From a virus (Duplodnaviria; Heunggongvirae; Uroviricota; Caudoviricetes), in IMG/VR virus record IMGVR_UViG_2778261087_000003: a stretch of 64,000 nucleotides of DNA. The stretch is one strand, 5' to 3'. Positions within the stretch are counted from its first letter, which is position 1. Every line of letters starts with the position of its first letter. Under the pieces are notes generated by a model. It did no database searches, was not told where the DNA came from, and saw only the letters and a list, made by a program, of their open reading frames with translations. Position numbers and translations under genes: made by a program. This document shows positions 19,658 to 32,700 of this stretch, in pieces.

Positions 19658-20752
19658 TCACGAGAAACTCTTTTCTGATGTCAGCCAACAGTGCTCGTGC
19701 ATATCTCTTGGTGGTTTTTCGACAAATGCCTCTTCAGCAATATCCCGCCAGGGGATTTGTTTAGCCCATTCAGCTATAGCGTTATGGTTTGCCGAGAATA
19801 ACGGTATTGTATAGGCCTTCAGCCAGTCTAATGTGCTGGAGTTGTGTTTTTGAGCGTGATGTTTCGCATGGTGTTTGGCGATCACGATCGTAGGCACTAC
19901 CCATTTACTACCGTCAGTCATTGTGAAGTGCATATTACGGGGAACAGATGACTTTTCCATCAACTCCCGAATCCCGGGAAATTTCCCCAAGATCAATCGG
20001 CGATATTCATCGCTATTGCGCCCACCAAACTCTTTGGCTTTGAATTCAAGATATGCTTCAGAAACGAGAGGTGAATCCTCTGTGTTTAGAGTTATCGCCG
20101 TGAAAAAACCAGCAGGATTGTTTTTACTATGGGCCAACCGGTGATGCGAATCATAAAAGTACCCTTTCTCGCGTTCCGATGGTTTCGACAGCAACAGCAG
20201 GCGCGAGTCATAATTGGTTAAATTGCCTGTTATCACTGCATGAGCGCGATCGCTGATTTCCGCCGAGTTAATAACGATGAAAAGATCGTGCGGTCCAGTA
20301 AAACCAGCCAGAGATACTTCGTTATTCAGACAATAGGTTATATAGACGCATCCCCATGTTTCACTGGTATGCACCAACCCTTTGTCAGGGTGCATTCTGA
20401 AATGATTGCCAAGAAAAGGGTGTCTTTGGGTAACTCGCTCCCAATAACGGAACATATAGTCAATTATTGTTTTTCGACTATCGTTAATCGCAGGAGAAAC
20501 AACCACTGTACGGGAACACGAATACAGTATTGTTTGCAGGATGCTAATCACTGCCACAATAGAGGTTTCCCCAATACCATGTGGTGTGGTGGCAGTGACT
20601 TTGGCTCCGGTGTTCTTTATCGCGTTAATAATTTTTGCTTGATGAGGTGTTAACTCAATATCAAGCAACTCTTTCGCTGCCAGTTCCCAATTGTCTTTAT
20701 ACTGTTCTATCAGTGCTAACCAGGCAGGTTCATTCTGTATACGATTAGTCAC
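19658..20752 (-). CDS. terminase large subunit (PacB) N-terminal-domain paralogue with degenerate Walker motifs
   Basis: Aligns by eye to the PacB ATPase domain (SKPSEREKGYFYDSHHRLA vs [18 protein letters not shown]; AGFFTAITLNTEDSPLV vs [17 protein letters not shown]); Walker A is HGIGETS not HGTGKS, Walker B INSAE not IDEAS; no nuclease domain. Confidence 0.7.
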   Translation of the reverse strand: MTNRIQNEPAWLALIEQYKDNWELAAKELLDIELTPHQAKIINAIKNTGAKVTATTPHGIGETSIVAVISILQTILYSCSRTVVVSPAINDSRKTIIDYMFRYWERVTQRHPFLGNHFRMHPDKGLVHTSETWGCVYITYCLNNEVSLAGFTGPHDLFIVINSAEISDRAHAVITGNLTNYDSRLLLLSKPSEREKGYFYDSHHRLAHSKNNPAGFFTAITLNTEDSPLVSEAYLEFKAKEFGGRNSDEYRRLILGKFPGIRELMEKSSVPRNMHFTMTDGSKWVVPTIVIAKHHAKHHAQKHNSSTLDWLKAYTIPLFSANHNAIAEWAKQIPWRDIAEEAFVEKPPRDMHEHCWLTSEKSFS

Positions 20753-20848
20753 TTTCCACCTCTTCCGTGGTGTTTTCTTGCAGTTCTGTTAATGCAGCAC
20801 GACACAGGTTCCGGGCCTTGGCTATAGCCACACTTTTGACTTCATCCG

Positions 20849-21532
20849 TCATCGTGCAGGCAATGTACTGATCGAGTTCTTCAGCTCGGAGATGCTTTTG
20901 CCAATCAGAAACTGTATTTGCCAGAGCAGATCGGCATCCATAATCAGAATTTCTGCCGGGCCTTCAGGGCCAGCCGGGAAGGAAACATAAGCCTGTTTGC
21001 CCAAGCCGATAACTCGACAACTTGCTTCAAGAATTGCGCGCTTGAGGTCTGACTTTGTAACGGAAACAGGTTGGTTTTCACCAGTGATTACGCCGTTGAC
21101 ATGGAAGTGAAAGGGCATGTAGCTTGAAATTCGCTCTACTTTCCATACGCCAGCAAGCGATCCTTCATGCAGCACAATGGGGGTAACCGCGAGTTTCATC
21201 TCACCATATAACTGCTGGCAGAGAGCTGGATTGCTGAATACATCCAAAGGTTCACACTCAAACAGCGGTGCAATCTGCATGAGGTCCATCATGGTCATAC
21301 CTGGGGTACGAGCAGTAATGAATCTGCGCATTCCAGTATCCATTGTGCGCCAGATAGCTACACCATGCTTTTTGCTCACTTCTTCAGTAAAGCCAAGGTG
21401 GCACATGATGGTTTTTTCGATAGCCAGATCAGAGATAGAAACCTTTTCGCCTGGCACTCCATCATTATTGATGGTCACTTCGACACTCTGGCCATTACGC
21501 AGGCGGTATTGAATTGCTTTAGTATTTTCCAC
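20849..21532 (-). CDS. hypothetical protein
   Basis: 227-aa ORF on the same strand, downstream of the DUF2829-domain gene. Confidence 0.5.
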   Translation of the reverse strand: MENTKAIQYRLRNGQSVEVTINNDGVPGEKVSISDLAIEKTIMCHLGFTEEVSKKHGVAIWRTMDTGMRRFITARTPGMTMMDLMQIAPLFECEPLDVFSNPALCQQLYGEMKLAVTPIVLHEGSLAGVWKVERISSYMPFHFHVNGVITGENQPVSVTKSDLKRAILEASCRVIGLGKQAYVSFPAGPEGPAEILIMDADLLWQIQFLIGKSISELKNSISTLPAR

Positions 21533-21538
21533 GTTAAA

Positions 21539-22216
21539 TCACTCCACTACAAACCAGTCACATGCCAGTAAGTCGCCTACAGAAGGAACCCACGGAACAA
21601 CTACACCTTGTGCATTTTTTAAGGCGAAATAAGCACCATACGGAACGAGGTCGCCGGGGAAATATCCCTTAATGGCTTCCATTCGTGCCGGGTACTGTCC
21701 TTCAGGAACCAGCCAGCAGAATTGGTTTTCGCCGTTCCACCCGCGTCGAGCAACTTTCTTGCCATCCTTCAGCCACATCAGCGCGTCAGAAAAGTCGGCT
21801 GCTTCAAGGTCGATTTCTTCTTGTAGAGTAGCGATACCGCCAGCAGAAATAGTTACGTCCCTGGCTGTAATGAATGTCACCCCATTGTGACCTTCAATGC
21901 TGAGCAATGCCCCATTTTCGAAGAAGTCGTTAGTCCGACTAAAGCCTTCTTCAAATGTTTTTTCTGGTGAATAGGACAGAGATCCGTCCTCATAAGCGAC
22001 CAGATATCCGCCAATTTCTGGTCGGTGTTTTTGCAAAAACATTTTATCAACATGGACTTTTACCCCTTCTGGCTCAACGACTTCGATGTTGCAAAGAAGG
22101 ACCACATCCATTAGGGCGATAATTTCGATATCTTTGATTTTTGAGGCACGAACTGTTTTATGGCTTTTGTATTTTGGAAGTGCCGTCAAAAGCTCTTTCG
22201 TTGTCATATTATTCAT
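21539..22216 (-). CDS. protein with C-terminal DUF2829 (Tad2-like) domain
   Basis: Start at MNNMTT (GAGGAAAG SD 6 nt upstream); C-terminal ~85 aa ALMWLKDGKKVARRGWNG...PWVPSVGDLLACDWFVVE fits the DUF2829 pattern as I recall it. Confidence 0.6.
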   Translation of the reverse strand: MNNMTTKELLTALPKYKSHKTVRASKIKDIEIIALMDVVLLCNIEVVEPEGVKVHVDKMFLQKHRPEIGGYLVAYEDGSLSYSPEKTFEEGFSRTNDFFENGALLSIEGHNGVTFITARDVTISAGGIATLQEEIDLEAADFSDALMWLKDGKKVARRGWNGENQFCWLVPEGQYPARMEAIKGYFPGDLVPYGAYFALKNAQGVVVPWVPSVGDLLACDWFVVE

Positions 22217-22413
22217 AGTCTTTCCTCTGCTTAAAACCTGGTGTATTGCGCCTTCAGGTGGGTCAGGAATGTTTTCCCACCAGCGAAAGCAATATCTCGG
22301 GGTGTTCTTTTCGTGAAAAGCGCGTGCCATTGCCAACTTTGGCGTTTTTTAGCGAGTTCGTGCTTTTGTTGGCGTCTGGACCACCGCTTTTCTTTCAATC
22401 GTTTTTTACTCAT

Positions 22414-22902
22414 TCAAAACGGAATATCGTCGTCAAAGTCCATTGGAGGTTCGTTATTGGCGTTGCTCTGAGGTTTACCGCCACCACTGTATTGCTGGTG
22501 GTTTTGAGGTTGGTTTGATTGCCCCCAGCCGTTTGAGGGCTGTGAATCGTCACGACGAGTGCCGATCATTTGCATGGTGCCGCCCTGGCTGACGATAATT
22601 TCCGTCGTGTAACGTTCTACACCGGCGTCATCTGTCCACTTACGGGTTTTAAGTTTCCCTTCGATGTAGACCTGAGAACCTTTTCGTAAATACTCACTCG
22701 CAATTTCAGCAAGTTTTCCGAACAAAACGACTTTATGCCATTCTGTTTGCTCTTTCTGTTGGCCCGTTTGCTTGTCGCGCCATGATTCATTCGTTGCGAT
22801 GCTGAGTCTTCCGACCGCGCCGCCATTTGGTATATACCTGATCTCCGGGTCTTGCCCCAGGGTACCAATCAGGATGACTTTGTTTACACCGCGTTGTGCC
22901 AC
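22414..22902 (-). CDS. ssb: single-stranded DNA-binding protein
   Basis: 162 aa, OB-fold N-terminus, Gly/Gln-rich linker, acidic tail DFDDDIPF. Confidence 0.95.
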   Translation of the reverse strand: MAQRGVNKVILIGTLGQDPEIRYIPNGGAVGRLSIATNESWRDKQTGQQKEQTEWHKVVLFGKLAEIASEYLRKGSQVYIEGKLKTRKWTDDAGVERYTTEIIVSQGGTMQMIGTRRDDSQPSNGWGQSNQPQNHQQYSGGGKPQSNANNEPPMDFDDDIPF

Positions 22903-22921
22903 TTATCTTACCTAATAAAAT

Positions 22922-22938
22922 AAATTAATTAGAGCAAT
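22922..22938 (-). promoter_or_regulatory. C1 operator (ATTGCTCTAATTAATTT)
   Basis: One mismatch to the consensus ATTGCTCTAATAAATTT; 20 nt upstream of the ssb start. Confidence 0.6.
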
Positions 22939-22962
22939 AATGTATATCTTTGAAACGTAGCT

Positions 22963-22982
22963 AACAAGTGATTTGCATTATC
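22963..22982 (+). promoter_or_regulatory. candidate late promoter (aacaagtga box plus -10-like) upstream of lyz
   Basis: Shared ACAAGTGA box; see findings. Confidence 0.3.
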
Positions 22983-23071
22983 CTGTGTCTTCTAAAGGGA
23001 TCGAGTCAGTCGGTATTGGCTGTGAATGGGTGTTTGTCCTGGAGCGTAAAAAATTCGCTTATGAGGTCTTT

Positions 23072-23629
23072 ATGAAGGGAAAAACAGCCGCAGGAGGCGG
23101 TGCAATTTGCGCTATCGCGGTGATGATTACCATCGTGATGGGTAATGGCAATGTGCGAACCAACCAGGCGGGGCTTGAGCTTATCGGAAACGCTGAAGGT
23201 TGCCGACGTGATCCATACATGTGCCCGGCGGGTGTATGGACTGACGGGATTGGTAATACACACGGGGTAACGCCTGGCGTGCGAAAAACCGACCAGCAAA
23301 TCGCCGCTGATTGGGAAAAGAATATCCTGATCGCTGAACGCTGTATTAACCAGCACTTCCGGGGCAAAGACATGCCCGATAATGCCTTCAGCGCAATGAC
23401 AAGCGCGGCATTCAATATGGGATGCAATAGTTTACGGACCTACTACAGCAAAGCGCGAGGCATGCGAGTAGAAACGTCCATCCACAAGTGGGCGCAGAAA
23501 GGGGAATGGGTGAATATGTGTAACCATCTCCCTGATTTCGTGAACAGTAACGGCGTCCCCCTGCCCGGGTTAAAGATTCGCCGTGGAAAAGAACGCCAGC
23601 TTTGCCTGACGGGGCTTGTCAATGAATAA
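23072..23629 (+). CDS. lyz: endolysin (lysozyme), SAR-type N-terminus
   Basis: Start at MKGKTAAGGGAICAIAVMITIVMG... with GAGGT SD; 185 aa; lysozyme family sequence. Confidence 0.9.
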   Translation: MKGKTAAGGGAICAIAVMITIVMGNGNVRTNQAGLELIGNAEGCRRDPYMCPAGVWTDGIGNTHGVTPGVRKTDQQIAADWEKNILIAERCINQHFRGKDMPDNAFSAMTSAAFNMGCNSLRTYYSKARGMRVETSIHKWAQKGEWVNMCNHLPDFVNSNGVPLPGLKIRRGKERQLCLTGLVNE

Positions 23630-23876
23630 ACTCCGGCAGCTCCGCCGACTTTCGACAATGAAGTTATCGCTGGCGGCGATAGTTTTTGACTCGATTTTCA
23701 TGGCGGTATATGTGCTCAATGAGACGTGGCCACTGGAACCGCTATTGTATGCCGGGCTTCGGCTGTGCCTGACATTTTTGAGCATGGCTGCGAGATTGAT
23801 GCAGCAGAAAGAAACTGCTTCAGATTGTCCACGCCGCGCGGTGCGCAAATATATGGCACGCAGGCGAAGGAGATAA
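23616..23876 (+). CDS. small membrane protein (possible lysis accessory)
   Basis: 86-aa ORF overlapping the lyz 3' end, hydrophobic core, Arg-rich tail; followed by a terminator. Confidence 0.3.
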   Translation: MSMNKLRQLRRLSTMKLSLAAIVFDSIFMAVYVLNETWPLEPLLYAGLRLCLTFLSMAARLMQQKETASDCPRRAVRKYMARRRRR

Positions 23877-23889
23877 TAGTTAACGAGAA

Positions 23890-23915
23890 CCCCGGCAGCC
23901 GCCGGGGTTATTTTT
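23890..23915 (+). terminator. rho-independent terminator after the lyz operon
   Basis: ccccggc-agcc-gccgggg then ttattttt; between convergent lyz and pro. Confidence 0.55.
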
Positions 23916-23920
23916 GGTGG

Positions 23921-26651
<2,731 letters not shown>

Positions 26652-26685
26652 TTAATTAGAATAATTCGCATCGTGTTTTAACGGA

Positions 26686-26705
26686 ATTTAACACTAGTCA
26701 CTTGT
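26686..26705 (-). promoter_or_regulatory. candidate late promoter upstream of prt (aacaagtgactagtgttaaat on the minus strand)
   Basis: Strongly resembles the motif at 61749-61770 (aacaaatgactagcggtagaat). Confidence 0.35.
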
Positions 26706-26717
26706 TAAGGATTACCA

Positions 26718-29700
26718 ATGAACAAGCTATCTATGGGGGTGTTTCGCTGTTCAAGTGTCAGCGAAATATTGAAATACATTAGGGCAATAACATCTCACCG
26801 AGCGCCGATTAAATACGGCGTGGAAAAGGTGGAAGGCAAAAGCTATGACCGACTGCGCCGGGAGGCGAATCAGAAGGCGATAGATTTGCTTAATTCGCTG
26901 GTGGACGGCGCGACACTGACAGATGAACAGCGCCAGATCCTGGCTGGGTACACCGGTGAAGGCGGCATTGGCGGGTCCGTCTCCGAATATTACACACCAA
27001 AGCCGATCGCTGAAGGTGTCTGGGAGATCATGAAGCTCTACGGCGCGGACGTAGGTAACACTCTGGAACCATCGGCGGGCACCGGCGTTTTTAATGAGAC
27101 AAAACCGGTTGGTACGGTGATGACCGCGACTGAGATCAGCAGTGTTTCCGGTCGTATAAACCAGCTGTTACATCCGGAAGACAGCGTACAGATTTCCCCG
27201 TTCGAACAACTGGCTGTAAGCACGCCTAACGATTCATTCGACCATGTTGTGGGTAACGTTCCGTTCGGCGGTCGTGATAACACACGCAACATCGATAAGC
27301 CTTACGCAGAAGAAACGGACATGGGTTCTTACTTCATGCTCCGCATGCTGGACAAGATAAAGCCAGGCGGATTCATGTGCGTGATTGTGCCGCCGTCCAT
27401 TGTTTCAGGTTCAAACATGAAGCGGTTACGCCTGCGCCTATCACGGAAAGCTGAATTTCTTGGTGCCCACCGCTTGCCTACCGGTACTTTTGATGCTAAC
27501 GGGACCAGTACGGTCGTAGATGTGGTGCTGATGCGCAAACATCCGGCAGAGATGGCTGAGAAAATCCCCCTGGTGGATGAAGGCACTCTTGAATCGGCAA
27601 ATGTGCTTTGGCCAACGTTTATTTCTGGCAAGTGGTTCGAAAAGGATGGCCGCCGGTTTGTTCATGGCACCCAGGAGAAGGGATTCCAGGGGCGTATTGA
27701 GGTTCGTGCCGACGGGCAGATTGATAACCAGGCTCTTAAAGCGAAGCTGATTCATCGTTTCGAAAGCCGTATCGACTGGTCTTTGCTTGATATGGCTGAA
27801 CCGTCACCGACCGCAGACGTTGTTGATGAAGGGGAAATGCGCCTGATTAATGGCGTATGGCAAAAATATGCTGGTGGTCGCTGGATTGAAGCTGATTCTG
27901 GTAAGGAGCTTAAGATTGATGCTGCCAGTTATGGCGCGGATAGCTGGGAGGCTCTTCAGCGTAACCTGACTACCACTGAAGGCCGTCTCGGCATGACATT
28001 TACCCAGATGGCAAATGTCCGCGATAAGTACACCACATCAATCAGCGACGATATGGTGCAGCTGGTGGACTGGATTAACAGCCAGCCTGAAAAATACCGT
28101 GAACGCTTGTATCGCGGGGCGATGATTGGCCGGATGTTAATTGAATATCAGGACATGAAGGCCGCCGGGCATAGTGCTGAACAAATCGAACAGCAGCGCC
28201 TTTCTCTGGTATCCCGTTTGCAAGCAGAGATTGACCGTTTTGGTAACCCCGGTCGCGGTCCGATAGCGAAATTATCGGGAAGCGGTGCGCGCGCCTGGTT
28301 TGCTTTCCGTGGTGCAATTAAGCTGGATGGCACTATTTCTGACGAGCTGACAGGAAAGCTGGTTACGCATGATTCCAGCGCCAGTTATGACTCCACCAGC
28401 TATCAGGACACCCTGCGTTATCTCTATAGCGATCTTACCCGCGATCCAATCCAGCTCGATGATTTCCGCCTTGCGTTTACCGGCGGACTGCCAGCCAGTG
28501 ATGAAGAGTTGCTTAATTTATTGGCCAGCACCCCTGGTATTGCGGTTTCACCGTATGGCGGGATTGTTCCGTTCGCCCGCGCCACCAGCGGCGACATTAA
28601 CGAGATAGTGGCTCCAAAACAGGAATTCCTTTCCACACTCCCCGACGGTCCAGTAAAGAACAACGTCCTTAATCAGTTGGCAGCGATCGAAGAGAAGCGC
28701 ATCAAGACGCCAGCAGAGAATATCCGCTTTAAGCTCAATAGCCGTTGGTTCGACCGTTCCGTCATTCTGGAGTTTTTGCAGGAAAACGGCTATCCGGATC
28801 TGCGCTATGTGCAGTCAGTGCAGCTGGAAGGCGACGAAATGGTTTCTGACACCTATCACGGTGGTGATGGTCTGTTCGTCGGGCACCGATACGGTGTCGT
28901 CCAGCGCAAGGATAAAGAAACAGGTGAGATCCGCTACGAGTGGGACCGTAAATCAGGTGAAAACGCGACCGGGTTCCCGGCACAGCTGGAAAAGTATCTC
29001 AATGGTGCGCGTATCGGTGGCAAAGATAGCGCGACGGCGAACGGCTATCGTGAGCAGATGGCACTGCTTGAGGACCAGTTCAATAAGTGGATCAAGACGC
29101 ACGATCGCTACGATGAGCTGGTTGCCAAATACAACGATGTTTTCAATAGCAATATTCCGTATGAACACTCTGGTGATCCGCTTGGGTTGAAGGGATTAAG
29201 CGGTAAGCGTCAGCCATTTGATTACCAGAATAGCGAGGTGCGCCGACTGTCCGAAGATGGGCGCGGCATCCTGGGCTTCGGCACCGGGCTGGGTAAAACC
29301 ACGACCGCGCTGGCACTTGAGGCGTTCAACTATGAGAACGGTCGCTCCACCCGTACTGCGTATGTAGTGCCTAAATCAGTGCTGGAAAACTGGTATTACG
29401 AAGCAAAAGAATTCCTGAGTGAAGAGGCATTCAGTAACTACCTGTTCGTCGGTCTTGATGTGCTGATGGATGGCGATCAGATTCGCCAGGTGCCGGTGCT
29501 CGATGAGAACGGTAAACCTGTTCTTGGTGCTGATGGCACTCCAGTTATGCGCGATGCTCTTAAGCTGGCAGATGAAGCCACTATCACGGCGCGGATGAAT
29601 GCGATCCCGCACTCAAATTACCGTGCAGTCGTGTTTACCAAAGAACAATACGCCCGCATTCCGCTACGTGATGACACCGTAGATGAGCATGCACAAGACA

Positions 29701-32700
29701 TGCTTTATGACTTCGTTGCTGCCGGACGTGTGGCCAGCGCAATGGATTCCGATTCCCATCGCAAAGAGGCGGCGCGTCGCCGGGTATTGTCGGAGTATTC
29801 AGATACCGGTACCGAAAAAGCAGAGAAGTATCCGTACTTTGAGGATATGGGCTTCGACAGCGTGATCGCCGACGAAGGCCACAACTACCGCAATAGCTAT
29901 AAAAATGGTCGCGAAGCGTCACAACTGGCCTATCTGCCCACCAGCGCGGTGGCGCAATCGGCGCGGGATATGGCAATTAAAAACGCGTACCTGATGAAAA
30001 AGAATGGCGGGCGCGGACCGGTTCTCCTGACTGCAACGCCAGTCGTTAACACCCCGATCGATGCATACAACATGCTTTCTCATGTTCTGCCGAAGGAATA
30101 CTGGCAGAAGATGGGGATCTACGGTCCTGATGACTTCGTTAAATTCTTCGGCAAGACCAGGCTGGAAACGGTACAGAAAATCAGCGGTGAAGTTGAAGAA
30201 AAAATGGCGCTGGTGGGCTTTGAAAACCTTGATGCGCTGCGCGGCATATTCCATCGCTGGACAACGCTTAAAACGGCGGAAGACGTTAAGGATACCGTGG
30301 AGATCCCGGAACTGGACGAACACCAGCAGGATGCACCACTTACTGAAGAACAACTGGCGGCGTATGAAGAATTACGTCAGCAGGCGGAAGCGGCAGCAAA
30401 AGCCAACAATGGCGTAACGACCTCGGTCAATGAAGACGGCGTGATTGAGCACGAGAAAGCCCGTCCGATCTTCTCAATAATCAGGGATATGGACCGCGTA
30501 TGTACTGACATGGACCTGTACTATCGCCGGATCACCTATCGTTTCCTGCCGGAGTACGCCGATGCGGTGCAGCAGCTGGCGGACAGTTTGCCTAAACAAG
30601 CCACCAGCGAAGACGACGACAGTGATGATTCAATCACGCAGCAATCGCAATACTCCCTGATAGATAAGGGCGAGTTTATTCAGTTGCAGGTTCCGGAAGC
30701 GTTCGAGCAGGAAGTGAATAAGCGCCTGGCCAGGTTTGGCATTGACGAACAGACCGTAACTCACCCCGTTACACCCAAATACGCGAAGCTGATCGCCACG
30801 CTGAAGGAGTTTTTCCCGGAAGGTAAGCAAATCATCTTCACGGACGAAAAAACGCAGCACCAGAAGCTCAAGCGCATTATCTGCAATGCTCTTAACCTTG
30901 AACCTTCAAAGGTGGGGATCCTGAATGCTCAGACGGTTGCCGAGGCAGGTAAAACCGGTAAGAAACTGAAAGCGGTTAAACCGCCGAAAGAGTTACCGGA
31001 TGAACCAACAGATGCACAGATAGCGAAATACAACGAGCAAATGGCTCTGTATGACGCCTATATCGCGCAGCAAAATGAAATGTCGTTGGGCGGTCTGGAA
31101 AAGATTGCAGCCGACTTCCAGGAGGGCCGGACTCCGATCATCATCTGCAACAAAAAGGCAGAGGTGGGTATCAACCTGCATCGAGGAACGACTGACATCC
31201 ATCATCTGACGTTGCCGTGGACTCCAGCCAGTATCGCACAACGTAACGGTCGCGGTGCCCGAGTTGGCTCCAACCGTGCAAGCGTTCGCGTTCACTACTA
31301 CTGCGGCAAGGGTTCTTTCGATGAATACCGACTGAAGACGCTGAAGCGTAAAGCAGGCTGGATCTCCGATATCCTCCGTTCAGATAAGTCAGAAATGGAG
31401 AACGCCGACGCCAACGATATGATCGAAATGCAGATGTATACCGCTAAGGATGATGGCGAACGTCTGGCAATGATGCAGGTTCAAATGGATAAGGCGAAAG
31501 CCGCGCAACGCGCTCGCCAGAAAGAACAGGCTACTATCGACCTTCAGAACTACATCAAGGCGCAGCACGCAGCTGGCGAGGATGTGGAGGTACTTACCGC
31601 TGAATTAGAGCGAAGCAAAGCGGAACTTGAAAAGACCACCGCCGAGGTAGCTAAATTCAAACAGGCGGTAATGGCCAAAGCAGCTGATAACGCAGACTGG
31701 AAAGCCCGCTGGGGTAGCGTCCATCACACAGACCGTACGTTGTTAGCACAGTATCGCGCGTCGTTGAAAAGCGCCATTCAGCGCAAGGCTAATATCTCTC
31801 AAGCCATCTCCCGCTATGAGAAATTATTGAACCGTACTCAGAAGGCCGCGACGGATATCAAACGCCTGCGCCCGCTGGTGGAGGATGCAATAAATAAAGG
31901 CATTCTGGATGTTGATCCTGACCTGGTTAACCATGCGAGTGAGTTCCTTGTTATCGGCGATCGCTCATGGCGTGTAGGCCAATACTACGATTGTGCCGGT
32001 GATATCGTTCGCATTAAGTCGCTGGACTTCGACAGCCAGCGCGCAGACGTGGAGATTATCTTTACCTTCAAAGGTACCAAATCGGGTAACTGGGATGTGA
32101 AGACGCTGGATAAACAGGTTGATGTAACTCCCGATGAAGATGCTGTTATGCAGAAAATCAGTGGCGGCGTCTCCATCGCCGGGATTAACGACATCATTTC
32201 CTGTGACGATTTCTACCGTTTCCAGCAGCGCGGCATGATCAAAATCACTGACTCATACGGCGTTCAGACTACAGAGTCAGGCTATAGCATTGATTTTGTT
32301 GGTACCTATACGGACCCACTGAAGCATGCGGTTTACCCGGATCGCCGTGACGGCGCGCTGAAGTCGTCAATTGCAAAATGGGTGCTTGGTATGATGTCGG
32401 AAGGGAATAACCGCCAGATCCGTTCGGCAGAAACATTCCTGGTTGAACTGTTTGGCTCCAATTATGGCGATGTAATCGCGTCATACGGAGATACGCTATC
32501 CCCTGAAGCAATTCAGGAGAAAATAGCGGATGCGATCGCCAGAATGCCGGAAAAAACAAGCCAGGGGGCTACTCGTAACGGGGATTCTGAACTTGAAGTC
32601 ACCAATGCCATTTTCGGTACCAATGAGTTCCGGGCGTCAGATTATGAGATCACCACAGCACAGTTTGGCACCATTGGCATTTACAGTAATAAAGACGAGA

